A DNA stretch of 24,769 bases from an uncultured virus (IMG/VR IMGVR_UViG_3300025010_000044) (IMGVR_UViG_3300025010_000044); one strand, 5' to 3'. Shown: positions 1 to 7,960, counted from the first letter of the stretch. The notes: generated by a model not told the origin, from the sequence alone. Made by a program: numbers and translations.

Positions 1-14
1 TTTAAAGAAACAGC

Positions 15-1064
15 ATGAGTTACCAAATTGTTTACGACATCGATTACAGCAAGATATATGAACTGATAAACCACATTGAACAGCAATTAGGCAAGGAAGC
101 GGAATTGCCGCAAGCAGTTGAAGCCGCGGGAGATTTGGCAACACAGACGTGGTTAAACGTTGCGGCAAGTAAGTTCAAACATTCGCAAGGGGGATATGCA
201 AACGGAATTGTTTCAGGAGCGAAATATCCTTACCAGAGTGATAGACTTCATTACAAGATCATTCACACCAGCCCACATGCAAAAGCCCTGGAAGAAGGTT
301 ATGAAAGTTTTGACATGAAGAAAGCTCTTGATACTTCGCCAAAAGTAAGGATAGGAAAAGACGGTAAAAAATATTTGGTTATTCCTTTTCAGCACGGCAC
401 ACCGGGGACAACAAGTATGAGAGCGATGCCTAAAGAAGTTTACGACAAAGCGCCGGTTTACCAGCGTGAAGTAATTATGGGAAAGGTAAAATATTCTTTG
501 GATGAGACAAGAACCGGTGCAAAGAATATGAGGCATTCCGTAGCTGTTAAAATGTTTAGCGAGGGAAGCATAAAGGGAGCGCGGGACCAAGCCGATGCAG
601 AATTGATGAGGAGAAATAATCCCGAACGTGTACAGCGAACAATGTACGCATGGGGAGATAAAATTAAGAATACCGAACAACCATTGCTTAGATCGGAGCC
701 AAAGGAATATACTATCTCCGATAAAACTACAGGCGAAAAGTTTAAGGTAGTTTCCCCGCCGCATAAGAGCAACATCTATGAAGGCATGGTGAGATTCCAA
801 ACCAATCCGACTGTAAACAGATTTAATTTCGGTAAGTTTATTTTTAAGCCGCACAATGAAACGGAGAACATGAGGAACTCAAGCGCATATTTTACTTTTA
901 GAATTATGAAAGAAGGTAGTGAGGGTTGGATACATCCGGGATTAAGCGGAATGTTTATTTTAAAAGAGACGAAAGAACGGATAGAACAGCCGGTAATGAT
1001 GATGTTGGGGGAAGCGGCGAAAAAAGATTTGAGTACCACAATTTCGGCATTTAACCAAAGTTAA
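15..1064 (+). CDS. Putative neck / head-tail joining (virion morphogenesis) protein, 349 aa
   Basis: Long ORF upstream of the tail genes. Motifs YLVIPF-HGTPG and C-terminal YFTFRIM...GWIHPG resemble HK97-gp10-like/neck proteins of large myoviruses (recognition only). Confidence 0.5.
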   Translation: MSYQIVYDIDYSKIYELINHIEQQLGKEAELPQAVEAAGDLATQTWLNVAASKFKHSQGGYANGIVSGAKYPYQSDRLHYKIIHTSPHAKALEEGYESFDMKKALDTSPKVRIGKDGKKYLVIPFQHGTPGTTSMRAMPKEVYDKAPVYQREVIMGKVKYSLDETRTGAKNMRHSVAVKMFSEGSIKGARDQADAELMRRNNPERVQRTMYAWGDKIKNTEQPLLRSEPKEYTISDKTTGEKFKVVSPPHKSNIYEGMVRFQTNPTVNRFNFGKFIFKPHNETENMRNSSAYFTFRIMKEGSEGWIHPGLSGMFILKETKERIEQPVMMMLGEAAKKDLSTTISAFNQS

Positions 1065-1134
1065 AGAATTAGTAAGTTTGTACTGCTTAAATAAATACAC
1101 CCGTATTTAACGAGCTCCTTTGAATAGTTCCTGG

Positions 1135-1167
1135 AATCCCGCTGCAAAGAGCGGGATTTTTCTTTTT
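1135..1167 (+). terminator. Rho-independent terminator
   Basis: AATCCCGCT-GCAAAG-AGCGGGATT 9-bp perfect stem followed by TTTCTTTTT, downstream of the 15..1064 ORF. Confidence 0.85.
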
Positions 1168-1177
1168 AAACAGTTTG

Positions 1178-1210
1178 CAAAAAAAGTGAAAATAATTTAA
1201 ACTTTTTTTG
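1178..1210. repeat. 10-bp inverted repeat upstream of the cassette promoter
   Basis: CAAAAAAAGT (1178-1187) and ACTTTTTTTG (1201-1210) with a 13-nt spacer, in an AT-rich UP-element position. Confidence 0.6.
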
Positions 1211-1218
1211 AAAAAGAC

Positions 1219-1248
1219 TTGACTTTGATATACAAACGTTTGTATATT
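1219..1248 (+). promoter_or_regulatory. Sigma70-like promoter driving the inserted gene cassette
   Basis: TTGACT (1219-1224), 18 nt, TATATT (1243-1248). Directly after a terminator and 33 nt before ATG 1282, which has an AGGA SD at 1271-1274. Confidence 0.7.
1228..1247. promoter_or_regulatory. Perfect 20-bp palindrome, putative operator
   Basis: ATATACAAACGTTTGTATAT equals its own reverse complement and overlaps the promoter spacer and -10. Confidence 0.7.
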
Positions 1249-1281
1249 GCAAGTGAAAGAAAAACAAAAAAGGAACCTCAA

Positions 1282-1803
1282 ATGAAAAGCGAAAACAAAC
1301 CCAAATTTAACCCAACGCCGGAAATGATAACTGCAACAAAAGCCCTACTTATGGCAAAAGCCTTCGTTCAAACAATTAAACCAATAGTTGACGGTTATCA
1401 AAAAGCGATATTGGAGAAACATCAGTTTACCAACAGAAGAGAAGTAGAATTGCTTACGAAACTTGGGCGTGAAGCGGAGGAAAGAGTTATTCTCGATCCG
1501 AAAGAATCCTATCAGATGAGTAAAGAAGATTTTAACACTTTTTGGAACGAGTGCAAAATAGAAAGAGAAAAAGCCGGGTTAAAAGTTAAACGTGATGATT
1601 TTTGTCCTTTGTTAGTAGCTGAAAATTTAGAGCGACAAGCGAAGAATGCTTTGTTAGAAGCTATGAGACCTCTTACAAAGATTGATCCGGATAACCTTTG
1701 GGATATGGACAACCGGAAAAAGCTAATTGAACTGAGTATAAATTTGATGGTGAGCTATTGCAGAGAAAATAACATTGATTTAAGGGAAGGAGTTATAAAA
1801 TGA
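1282..1803 (+). CDS. Hypothetical phage protein, 173 aa (first gene of cassette)
   Basis: ATG 1282 with AGGA SD. The upstream TTG start at 1219 in the ORF track is the promoter -35. Charged, helical, no recognisable family. Confidence 0.75.
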   Translation: MKSENKPKFNPTPEMITATKALLMAKAFVQTIKPIVDGYQKAILEKHQFTNRREVELLTKLGREAEERVILDPKESYQMSKEDFNTFWNECKIEREKAGLKVKRDDFCPLLVAENLERQAKNALLEAMRPLTKIDPDNLWDMDNRKKLIELSINLMVSYCRENNIDLREGVIK

Positions 1804-2258
1804 TTACCGTAAAATGTACATACGCAAACGGAGAAACTATCACAACTTGTATTAATGAAGACCTTGAGGGGGCTAAGGAATATTTTCTAAACAAATATTT
1901 CAACATTGGGAGCAGTGATTTTGATAATATGCAAAAATGTGTCAACGTAGAACTAATTAACCCTACAACAATAATTTACTTAGCAGATTTACCACTGCAC
2001 AAAGAATTAGAGGGGAAACGGATCAACGTAACCCGTCTCGGCGGCTTGTTCCATTATGATTATCAAGATGTGCCAATGATGAGAGTTTTTTCCGGTACGA
2101 AGGTTTATACAGAATTCCACAAAGGGAGAAAAGAAACTTGGTTGAGATGGGACTGGATACCAGAAATCGAAGAGAAGACCGGGCGTTTAGACTGCGGGTT
2201 TTCGGGGATGAGAATGAATGACAATGAAGATTTTAATTTGTCTTATTTAGAGGTATAA
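1800..2258 (+). CDS. Hypothetical phage protein, 152 aa
   Basis: ATGA overlap with the previous gene and AGGAG SD. Appears to be a ~53-aa N-terminal module (T-IN...YF-N-YFNIG...DNMQKCVNVE) fused to a second domain. Confidence 0.75.
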   Translation: MITVKCTYANGETITTCINEDLEGAKEYFLNKYFNIGSSDFDNMQKCVNVELINPTTIIYLADLPLHKELEGKRINVTRLGGLFHYDYQDVPMMRVFSGTKVYTEFHKGRKETWLRWDWIPEIEEKTGRLDCGFSGMRMNDNEDFNLSYLEV

Positions 2259-2259
2259 A

Positions 2260-2436
2260 ATGGCACAAGCCGAAATGACCCAAGTAGTAATTGAAAGAGC
2301 CAACGAAATGTTGAAAGACGAAAAGATCAATAAGATTTATCAGTCGTTTCCTTCGCTTAAAGAGGCAAAGGATTGGTTGATAAAAACAGCCCTTGCAACA
2401 TTAATAATACCGGTTAATGAAAGGGGACAGAAATGA
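2260..2436 (+). CDS. Small hypothetical protein, 58 aa (not in ORF track)
   Basis: GAGGT SD, ATG 2260, MAQAEMTQVVIERANEMLKD...NERGQK*. Fills the gap exactly; its TGA overlaps the next ATG (ATGA 2433-2436). Confidence 0.8.
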   Translation: MAQAEMTQVVIERANEMLKDEKINKIYQSFPSLKEAKDWLIKTALATLIIPVNERGQK

Positions 2437-2642
2437 GTTACGCTAATAAAGTTAATTATGGAGATAAAATTAGATTTAGCAGAAAAGAATGGTCATTGTA
2501 TGATAACCAAGATTTGCGCAGATTTTTTCATGTAACTAAGTTGGAGGCGACACGATGCCTAACAACATTTTGTAAGGTAACCCTAATTGAAATGTGCCAA
2601 AGGATAAAACGAGAATTAAAATATAGAGGAATAGAGGTATAA
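2433..2642 (+). CDS. Small basic hypothetical protein, 69 aa
   Basis: AGGGG SD, ATGA coupling to the previous gene, stop one base before the next start. Confidence 0.7.
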   Translation: MSYANKVNYGDKIRFSRKEWSLYDNQDLRRFFHVTKLEATRCLTTFCKVTLIEMCQRIKRELKYRGIEV

Positions 2643-2643
2643 A

Positions 2644-3321
2644 ATGAAAAACTACAAAATTATAGAGACAATTAATCGGGAGAATTTTTATGATTGGGCA
2701 AATAGTTACGAAGATATTTTTGTAAAGCGATCACAGTTAAAATTCCATCAATACCGCGACAATATTTCGATTACAAAAGTTTCAAACGCAATGGAACGCG
2801 GCGCAGTTTGTACTGGTTATTCAATCAGATTAGTTGATCGGTTTGGAAATACTTCGATCACAAACGCAATTCAAGCAGATTTAGACGCTCTTGTTTCATT
2901 ATTTGATAGTTTAGACTTTCAGAAAAACTTCAGGGGATATTTGGAAGATCAACAGATTGAAATCGCCGGGATAAAGTTTTCGGTATCAAAGCATCTTAGC
3001 GAAGGGATTAGAATTTATTCTCCGTTCAACGTTCCAAAATTGAAACCACTGCCAGAAAAACCAAAGAAATGGACGCTATCGCATCTTTACAGAGCACTGG
3101 CAAACGGTCAAATCAATGGCATAAAGTGTACAGGACATTATACTGATGATTACGCATACGATGCTGCCGTAAATTGTGAAATCGGTTTAAGTGCTTCATC
3201 TGAAGCTCTTTTGATAGATATTTTAGAAAGTCCATCGGGCTGGCGGGTTTATGAAACAAACGACAATAATATAGAGATACATTGTCATAGTTTTTTGGGC
3301 TATCAAGGGAAATTTAATTAA
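2644..3321 (+). CDS. Hypothetical protein, 225 aa, with C-terminal YTDDYAYDAA motif
   Basis: GAGGT SD and long ORF. Distinctive C-terminal motif (ALANGQ...C-GHYTDDYAYDAA-N...W...IHCHS). Family not assignable without a search. Confidence 0.75.
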   Translation: MKNYKIIETINRENFYDWANSYEDIFVKRSQLKFHQYRDNISITKVSNAMERGAVCTGYSIRLVDRFGNTSITNAIQADLDALVSLFDSLDFQKNFRGYLEDQQIEIAGIKFSVSKHLSEGIRIYSPFNVPKLKPLPEKPKKWTLSHLYRALANGQINGIKCTGHYTDDYAYDAAVNCEIGLSASSEALLIDILESPSGWRVYETNDNNIEIHCHSFLGYQGKFN

Positions 3322-3351
3322 TTTTGGGAATATTAATAAGCGAAAAAAGAC

Positions 3352-3594
3352 ATGACAACCATACACGAAAAAATAGCAAAAACAATTCCGGCGGAGTTTG
3401 TGCATAAAGACTTTGAGGTATTGGAGCTAATTCACCAACGGGGGAAACTCCCGGCGGGGAAATGGTATTCAATTCAAGAGTATATGAAAAAAGCCAATCT
3501 TAAAACACGGCGCAGTGTGTACCAAAGAATTGAAAGCGGGGAGCTTGAGACAACGAAGATAGACAAATTCACATTTGTAAAAGAGACTAAGTAA
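3352..3594 (+). CDS. Small helix-turn-helix DNA-binding protein (excisionase/MerR-like winged HTH), 80 aa
   Basis: WYSIQEYMKKANLKTRRSVYQRIESGELETTKIDKFTFV fits the S--E-A------R-SVY-RI--G-L pattern plus beta-wing of Xis-like HTH domains. Confidence 0.7.
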   Translation: MTTIHEKIAKTIPAEFVHKDFEVLELIHQRGKLPAGKWYSIQEYMKKANLKTRRSVYQRIESGELETTKIDKFTFVKETK

Positions 3595-3600
3595 AACCAA

Positions 3601-3646
3601 CCTCACCCCTACCCCTCTCCTTACAAAGGAGAGGGGATTTCTATTT
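3601..3646 (+). terminator. Strong hairpin / probable terminator closing the cassette
   Basis: CCCCTCTCCTT-ACA-AAGGAGAGGGG 11-bp perfect stem (3612-3636) followed by ATTTCTATTTT; starts 17 nt after the HTH gene stop. Confidence 0.75.
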
Positions 3647-3655
3647 TAAACAATC

Positions 3656-3735
3656 TTCAAATTTCAACCCTTCGGAGAGAAGGTAAATACTTAAATATTC
3701 GCTGTATTTAATCAAAAGTATTTATCTCTGTATTA
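3656..3735 (+). promoter_or_regulatory. Conserved upstream element, copy 1 (candidate late promoter)
   Basis: TTCAAATTTCAACCCT (3656-3671), 32 nt, then GTATT at 3704, 3718 and 3730. Same layout at 14334-14412. Confidence 0.6.
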
Positions 3736-3743
3736 GCATCAAC

Positions 3744-4634
3744 ATGATTACACCTTTAACATCACTTGAAGTTACTGTTTCACCGCTTGGCAGCGAACTC
3801 GATGTATTTTGGACGTTACCTACAACGTTACCAACAAATTATAAAGTGTACATTTTCCAACGCAGCCAGACCGACATTACACAAGGAGAAATTGATGATT
3901 ATTTCTCTCACATTGCAGATTTATCAGCCTTTGTTTACAACGGATTATTTGTATTTGACAAGATTAAAAACGGACAGGAAGGGATGGGCGTTTACGAGGT
4001 TATTAACGGTTTGGTTTACTATTATAAAGCTGTAATTAGAGACGAGACCGCGGGCGAATATTCCGCAACAATTTCAGCGAACGCAACACCTAACGCGGAT
4101 GTACTTGTAGAGATACATGACGGAAAAGAGATTGTGGCGAAAACATTAAGGAAGATGTTGGACGGATTGAAAAATGCAACCGGTAAGAAAATACAAGTAA
4201 GCAGAGATATTGAAGTCGTAAAACAATTTACCATGGGCGAGCCAAGGAACGATCAGTTTATGGTTGAACGTGTAAACGGAGCCAACTATCAGAACTACTG
4301 GGGAAACATTTTATCAGCGCACGGACAAAGCATTATACTTGGCGATATGGATACCGATGTAATTAGGGTAACATACATAACCATAAGCGGACCGGACAGA
4401 AGAGATTTAATGACAAATATTTTGAGAGGGCGCAAACCATTCTTAAAGATAATGGCAAAGAAATTAGGTGCGACCGACTGCCAGGTTACGATAGAGGGGG
4501 ATTATTATAATCCTTCCTTTCACGGTGCCAATGTAGTAGGTGTAACAATGATCTTTACTCTATTAATCGAGAACAAAACTAAAATTGACTATACAGAGAT
4601 TAATCAACATATAACCGATATGAAGGTGGTTTAA
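3744..4634 (+). CDS. Putative tail completion/terminator protein with N-terminal FN3/Ig-like domain, 296 aa
   Basis: N-terminal FN3-like pattern (L-V...LDVFWTLP...YKVYI-R...G-VYYYKA). Located just before the sheath gene. Confidence 0.5.
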   Translation: MITPLTSLEVTVSPLGSELDVFWTLPTTLPTNYKVYIFQRSQTDITQGEIDDYFSHIADLSAFVYNGLFVFDKIKNGQEGMGVYEVINGLVYYYKAVIRDETAGEYSATISANATPNADVLVEIHDGKEIVAKTLRKMLDGLKNATGKKIQVSRDIEVVKQFTMGEPRNDQFMVERVNGANYQNYWGNILSAHGQSIILGDMDTDVIRVTYITISGPDRRDLMTNILRGRKPFLKIMAKKLGATDCQVTIEGDYYNPSFHGANVVGVTMIFTLLIENKTKIDYTEINQHITDMKVV

Positions 4635-4635
4635 A

Positions 4636-4848
4636 ATGGCAAAAAAAATAAACGATGAAGAAAGCTTTGGCACGGTTGAAGAACAACCGAAAGAGGAAGC
4701 GATTGAAATTAACCTTAACACGTTTATTCATCAAAAGAATTTACCAAGTTGGGCGAAGACAAGGTTAGAACATTACTTAACTCTTAATCCAGGTGTAAAA
4801 ACAGAAAATACGGTAGAGCAATGGGAAAAGATTTTAGCAAAACTTTAA
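4636..4848 (+). CDS. Small hypothetical protein, 70 aa
   Basis: AGGTGG SD, ATG one base after the previous stop. Small pre-sheath ORF. Confidence 0.7.
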   Translation: MAKKINDEESFGTVEEQPKEEAIEINLNTFIHQKNLPSWAKTRLEHYLTLNPGVKTENTVEQWEKILAKL

Positions 4849-5615
4849 AGCTTTGGTCAACCGGCGCTGAGGTTGAGCTTTGGCAGAAACTTCTTAAGCA
4901 GAAGGGATATTTTGCCGAAGTAGTTGACGGCGTGTTTAGCGATAAGTTAAACGCGGCTACAAAGATTTATCAGGCAGATAATGGACTTATTGCCGATGGG
5001 ATGGTAGGTAAAATTACATGGGGTTTTGCCTTTGCCAACGTTAAGGAAGCAACGGCTTCCATTAAGGAAGTAAAAGACGAGCATATAAAAACCGAAGTTG
5101 ATTTGCTGGCGTGGATAAAAAGAGATTTAGGTCCATACATAAAAAAGGCTATTGCCGGATCAATATTTACCGAAGATTGGCTTGGAGCAATTGCCGCAAG
5201 GGAAACCGGTTTTCTCATCATTAGGTATGTGAACAAAGGCTATGATTTGGACACAATAACCAAATTGATGAAAGGGGATTTTAATAACGGCATTTACCAC
5301 GGGTTTAGTTATTGGCAGATTGATATTAGATCGTTCCCGGATTTTATTAATTCCGGTAAATGGATGGAGATACAAGCGAGCGCAGATAAAGCGGTTGATG
5401 TGCTTACCGGTAAAATGAAATATTTGAAAAAGCACGAAGAGAAACTTGGCTCTTATTGGTTTGGAAGAGCAATAACAGCGGCTTACAATTGCGGAGAAGG
5501 CAACGTAGAAAAGGTAATTATAACCGGGAAAGATATTGATTCACGGACTTTTAACAAAGATTATTCAAAAGAAGTATTTCGAATGAGAGAGGTATATAAA
5601 AGTGTTAATATATAA
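4821..5615 (+). CDS. Modular endolysin: peptidoglycan-binding domain plus lysozyme-like/lytic transglycosylase domain, 264 aa
   Basis: N-terminal PG_binding_1 pattern (LK--S-G-EV--WQ--L...VDGVF...T--YQ--NGL-ADG-VG--TW). Catalytic A-R-E-T, G-WQID and AAYNCG-GNV SLT-type motifs. Confidence 0.88.
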   Translation: MGKDFSKTLKLWSTGAEVELWQKLLKQKGYFAEVVDGVFSDKLNAATKIYQADNGLIADGMVGKITWGFAFANVKEATASIKEVKDEHIKTEVDLLAWIKRDLGPYIKKAIAGSIFTEDWLGAIAARETGFLIIRYVNKGYDLDTITKLMKGDFNNGIYHGFSYWQIDIRSFPDFINSGKWMEIQASADKAVDVLTGKMKYLKKHEEKLGSYWFGRAITAAYNCGEGNVEKVIITGKDIDSRTFNKDYSKEVFRMREVYKSVNI

Positions 5616-5653
5616 GAAAATCAATAAATCAACTAATTTAGGAGAATAAGATC

Positions 5654-7375
5654 ATGCCATTAGTACTCGAAGGTAAAACCTACACAGTGCCAGGGGTGTA
5701 TGGAACTGTAGAAATAATTAATCTTGGCAGCACCGCACTTCCGGTATTTAATACACTACTTATTGTAGCGGGAGCGAAAAAGGGTGTGCCCTACAATGGA
5801 ACCGGGAAAAAAGGTTACGAAGTAATTCTACCGTATTCATCTTTGAACACGGTTAAAGAATATTACGGAGTGAGTGATATTTCTCGTGCATTCGAATACG
5901 CCAAGAAGGGCGGTGCTGGAGTTGTGTACTGCATTAACGCAGCATCGTTAACCAACGCACTTGCAACCATAAAAGATAATGCAGGAACACCGGTAAACGC
6001 ATTTGATGTTTACCCGCGCGATAATTTTTACGGAGCGGCGGGAAACGACATATCATTAACAATGTCAACCGATACAAGCTTATTAACGCTAACTATTATT
6101 CCGCCTAAGCTCACGAAATTTTTAACTGCAAATGCAAGCACATCATCCCCATTTATTAGTCTTGGAGATGTTGAAGGACTTGCTGTAGGAATGGCTGTAA
6201 AAGTTTACAGCAACGCAATTACAATCGCACCGGATGCAGTGACAATTGTAAGTATCGACACGGTAAACAACCAGGTAGAACTTAGCGCAAACCCAACAGC
6301 GGCATTTGCTACTTCTGCTTGGGCACGTTTATTTGTTGAAGATACCGACAAACAAGCAACCACAACGTTTACGGCAACCGCAACCGTTACGGATGTAATT
6401 AACTGGATCAACTCCGGTAACATTTTAACAGCGGATAGAAAAACTTACGCGGGAGTTAAACCAACAACCTTAGCGAAGGTTTATCTACAGAACATTGCCA
6501 GCGCAACAAAAGGAACTTCTCCGGCAGCGACAGAAACCGGCGGAGGAGATTTTGATCTTCTTGCAGCTTTAGCGCCACAGTTGTTTGAAGAAATGACCAA
6601 CTACACAAAACAAAGAGTGAGATTAATTAATGTTGTTTCCAGCACAGCAGCAGTACACGCGGTTTATAAAACGCTTGCGGTAACTGAAAGAGCGGCGGGT
6701 AAATCATTACAGCTTATCCTTGGTTGTGCAACGGGAGATGTACTTCTTGCCGATAGCGATGCAGCACATCCTAAGAGCCGGGCAAAAGTTTTGAACAGCG
6801 ATGATTGTATTCTTGCCGGAATGGGCATGGATGCGAAAGCGCCTTATTTAAGTTTTGCTCCATTCTTTGCCGGATTAATGAGCGCACAAAGTGTTAAACG
6901 TAACCTTACCAATGACGCAGTTGACGCGCAAAGTGTAGAAAAGACTTTTGGTGAGTTTAATAAAGAAACAGCGACCGCCGGATACCTTGCAAACGGTGTA
7001 CTGTTAATCGGTACGGGTAAGAACGGGTATTACATCATTCAAGGAATTAATACCTACCAGAACCAAGCCACAATTTGGAATACAGACGATAAGAAAACCT
7101 ACTTAATCCAGCAACGGCAAATTGTTGACTACGTTTACGAAGGATACAAGAACGAAATGGAATTAGGAGTAGGCGCTGATGGATATGGACCAAGCGTAGC
7201 ATCTGTACAGGGCGGAAGAATCTTAAAGAAATTCCAGGATGACGGATTTATTTCTGATTGGAAGATTGTAAACGCATACCAGGAAGGTAATGCAGTAGTA
7301 ACCGAGCCGCAGATCAATCCTATTGACGCGATTGATTTTGTCGGGTTCATATTAAAAGTAATTGTTGACGCATAA
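5654..7375 (+). CDS. Contractile tail sheath protein, 573 aa
   Basis: N-terminal PGVY, L-I-G-A-KG-P, YGAAGNDI, and C-terminal I-QGINTY and P---IDF motifs. GGAG SD; followed by the tube gene. Confidence 0.9.
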   Translation: MPLVLEGKTYTVPGVYGTVEIINLGSTALPVFNTLLIVAGAKKGVPYNGTGKKGYEVILPYSSLNTVKEYYGVSDISRAFEYAKKGGAGVVYCINAASLTNALATIKDNAGTPVNAFDVYPRDNFYGAAGNDISLTMSTDTSLLTLTIIPPKLTKFLTANASTSSPFISLGDVEGLAVGMAVKVYSNAITIAPDAVTIVSIDTVNNQVELSANPTAAFATSAWARLFVEDTDKQATTTFTATATVTDVINWINSGNILTADRKTYAGVKPTTLAKVYLQNIASATKGTSPAATETGGGDFDLLAALAPQLFEEMTNYTKQRVRLINVVSSTAAVHAVYKTLAVTERAAGKSLQLILGCATGDVLLADSDAAHPKSRAKVLNSDDCILAGMGMDAKAPYLSFAPFFAGLMSAQSVKRNLTNDAVDAQSVEKTFGEFNKETATAGYLANGVLLIGTGKNGYYIIQGINTYQNQATIWNTDDKKTYLIQQRQIVDYVYEGYKNEMELGVGADGYGPSVASVQGGRILKKFQDDGFISDWKIVNAYQEGNAVVTEPQINPIDAIDFVGFILKVIVDA

Positions 7376-7393
7376 ACATAAGGAATTAAAAAA

Positions 7394-7942
7394 ATGGGAT
7401 TCGGAGAAATATTAGCACCACGAATTAAGGTTGGGACAATCGACAACCCGGAACTTTATTACAAAGCGTTGTCGGGTTCTCAACTTGTTCTTTCCGTCTT
7501 AGACGGTTCAAACAATTTAGTTGCAAGAGGAACCGGAATGAATTGGAATGAACAGTTCCAACAAACCGATTTAGCTGAATGGGGACAACGCCATTCTTTA
7601 GAAATTGTTACCGGTAGACAACCGATAGGACAAATAACGATCCAGACGTTTTTCTTTATGCACATCAATGATTCATTGCCAACCACTTCGGGATTAAAAG
7701 AATGGGCTGTTAGTGAACTGAGCGCAATTGTGCAAATAGCAGAACATGAAGATCCAAATTTATCCGGACTAATCATTGATGCCTTTGAAGGTGTAAAAAT
7801 TGCCGGACAAAGCGGTAATTGGAACGCACAAAGTCAATACATGAAAAATATGTCATTGGTTTATCGAGTTCGCCTTAACGGACTTGAATGGAAGCAAAGT
7901 CATGCAGATGGAGTTGCGTATCCGGCTAAGATAGCAGTTTAA
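7394..7942 (+). CDS. Tail tube protein, 182 aa
   Basis: Immediately after the sheath gene, typical size, beta-rich (EWG...EIVTG, FEGVKI...W). AGGA SD. Confidence 0.8.
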   Translation: MGFGEILAPRIKVGTIDNPELYYKALSGSQLVLSVLDGSNNLVARGTGMNWNEQFQQTDLAEWGQRHSLEIVTGRQPIGQITIQTFFFMHINDSLPTTSGLKEWAVSELSAIVQIAEHEDPNLSGLIIDAFEGVKIAGQSGNWNAQSQYMKNMSLVYRVRLNGLEWKQSHADGVAYPAKIAV

Positions 7943-7960
7943 TTAATTATTAACCATATC

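Noticed and set aside
213..854. 213-aa minus-strand ORF, and other minus-strand ORFs such as 10633..11160 and 10992..11435
   Set aside because: They lie antisense to long, well-supported + strand genes, have atypical composition (F/S/L/I-rich shadows) and no recognisable motifs.
1092..1109. TAAATAC-ACCC-GTATTTA inverted repeat, with the same half-sites at 3684-3690 and 3704-3710
   Set aside because: Only 7-bp AT-rich arms with different spacers. Could be chance, and insufficient to call a target-site duplication or operator.
1219..1281. Longer N-termini from the ORF track (TTG 1219; likewise 7971, 14413, 19261)
   Set aside because: The first three fall within a promoter, a hairpin or next to the conserved upstream element, and GTG 19261 is in the TR-RT spacer. 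Downstream ATGs (1282, 8010, 14419, 19300) have SD sites or family-typical starts.
3352..3594. Excisionase indicating an integration module
   Set aside because: No integrase or att-like site in the window. The fold is shared with many transcriptional regulators.
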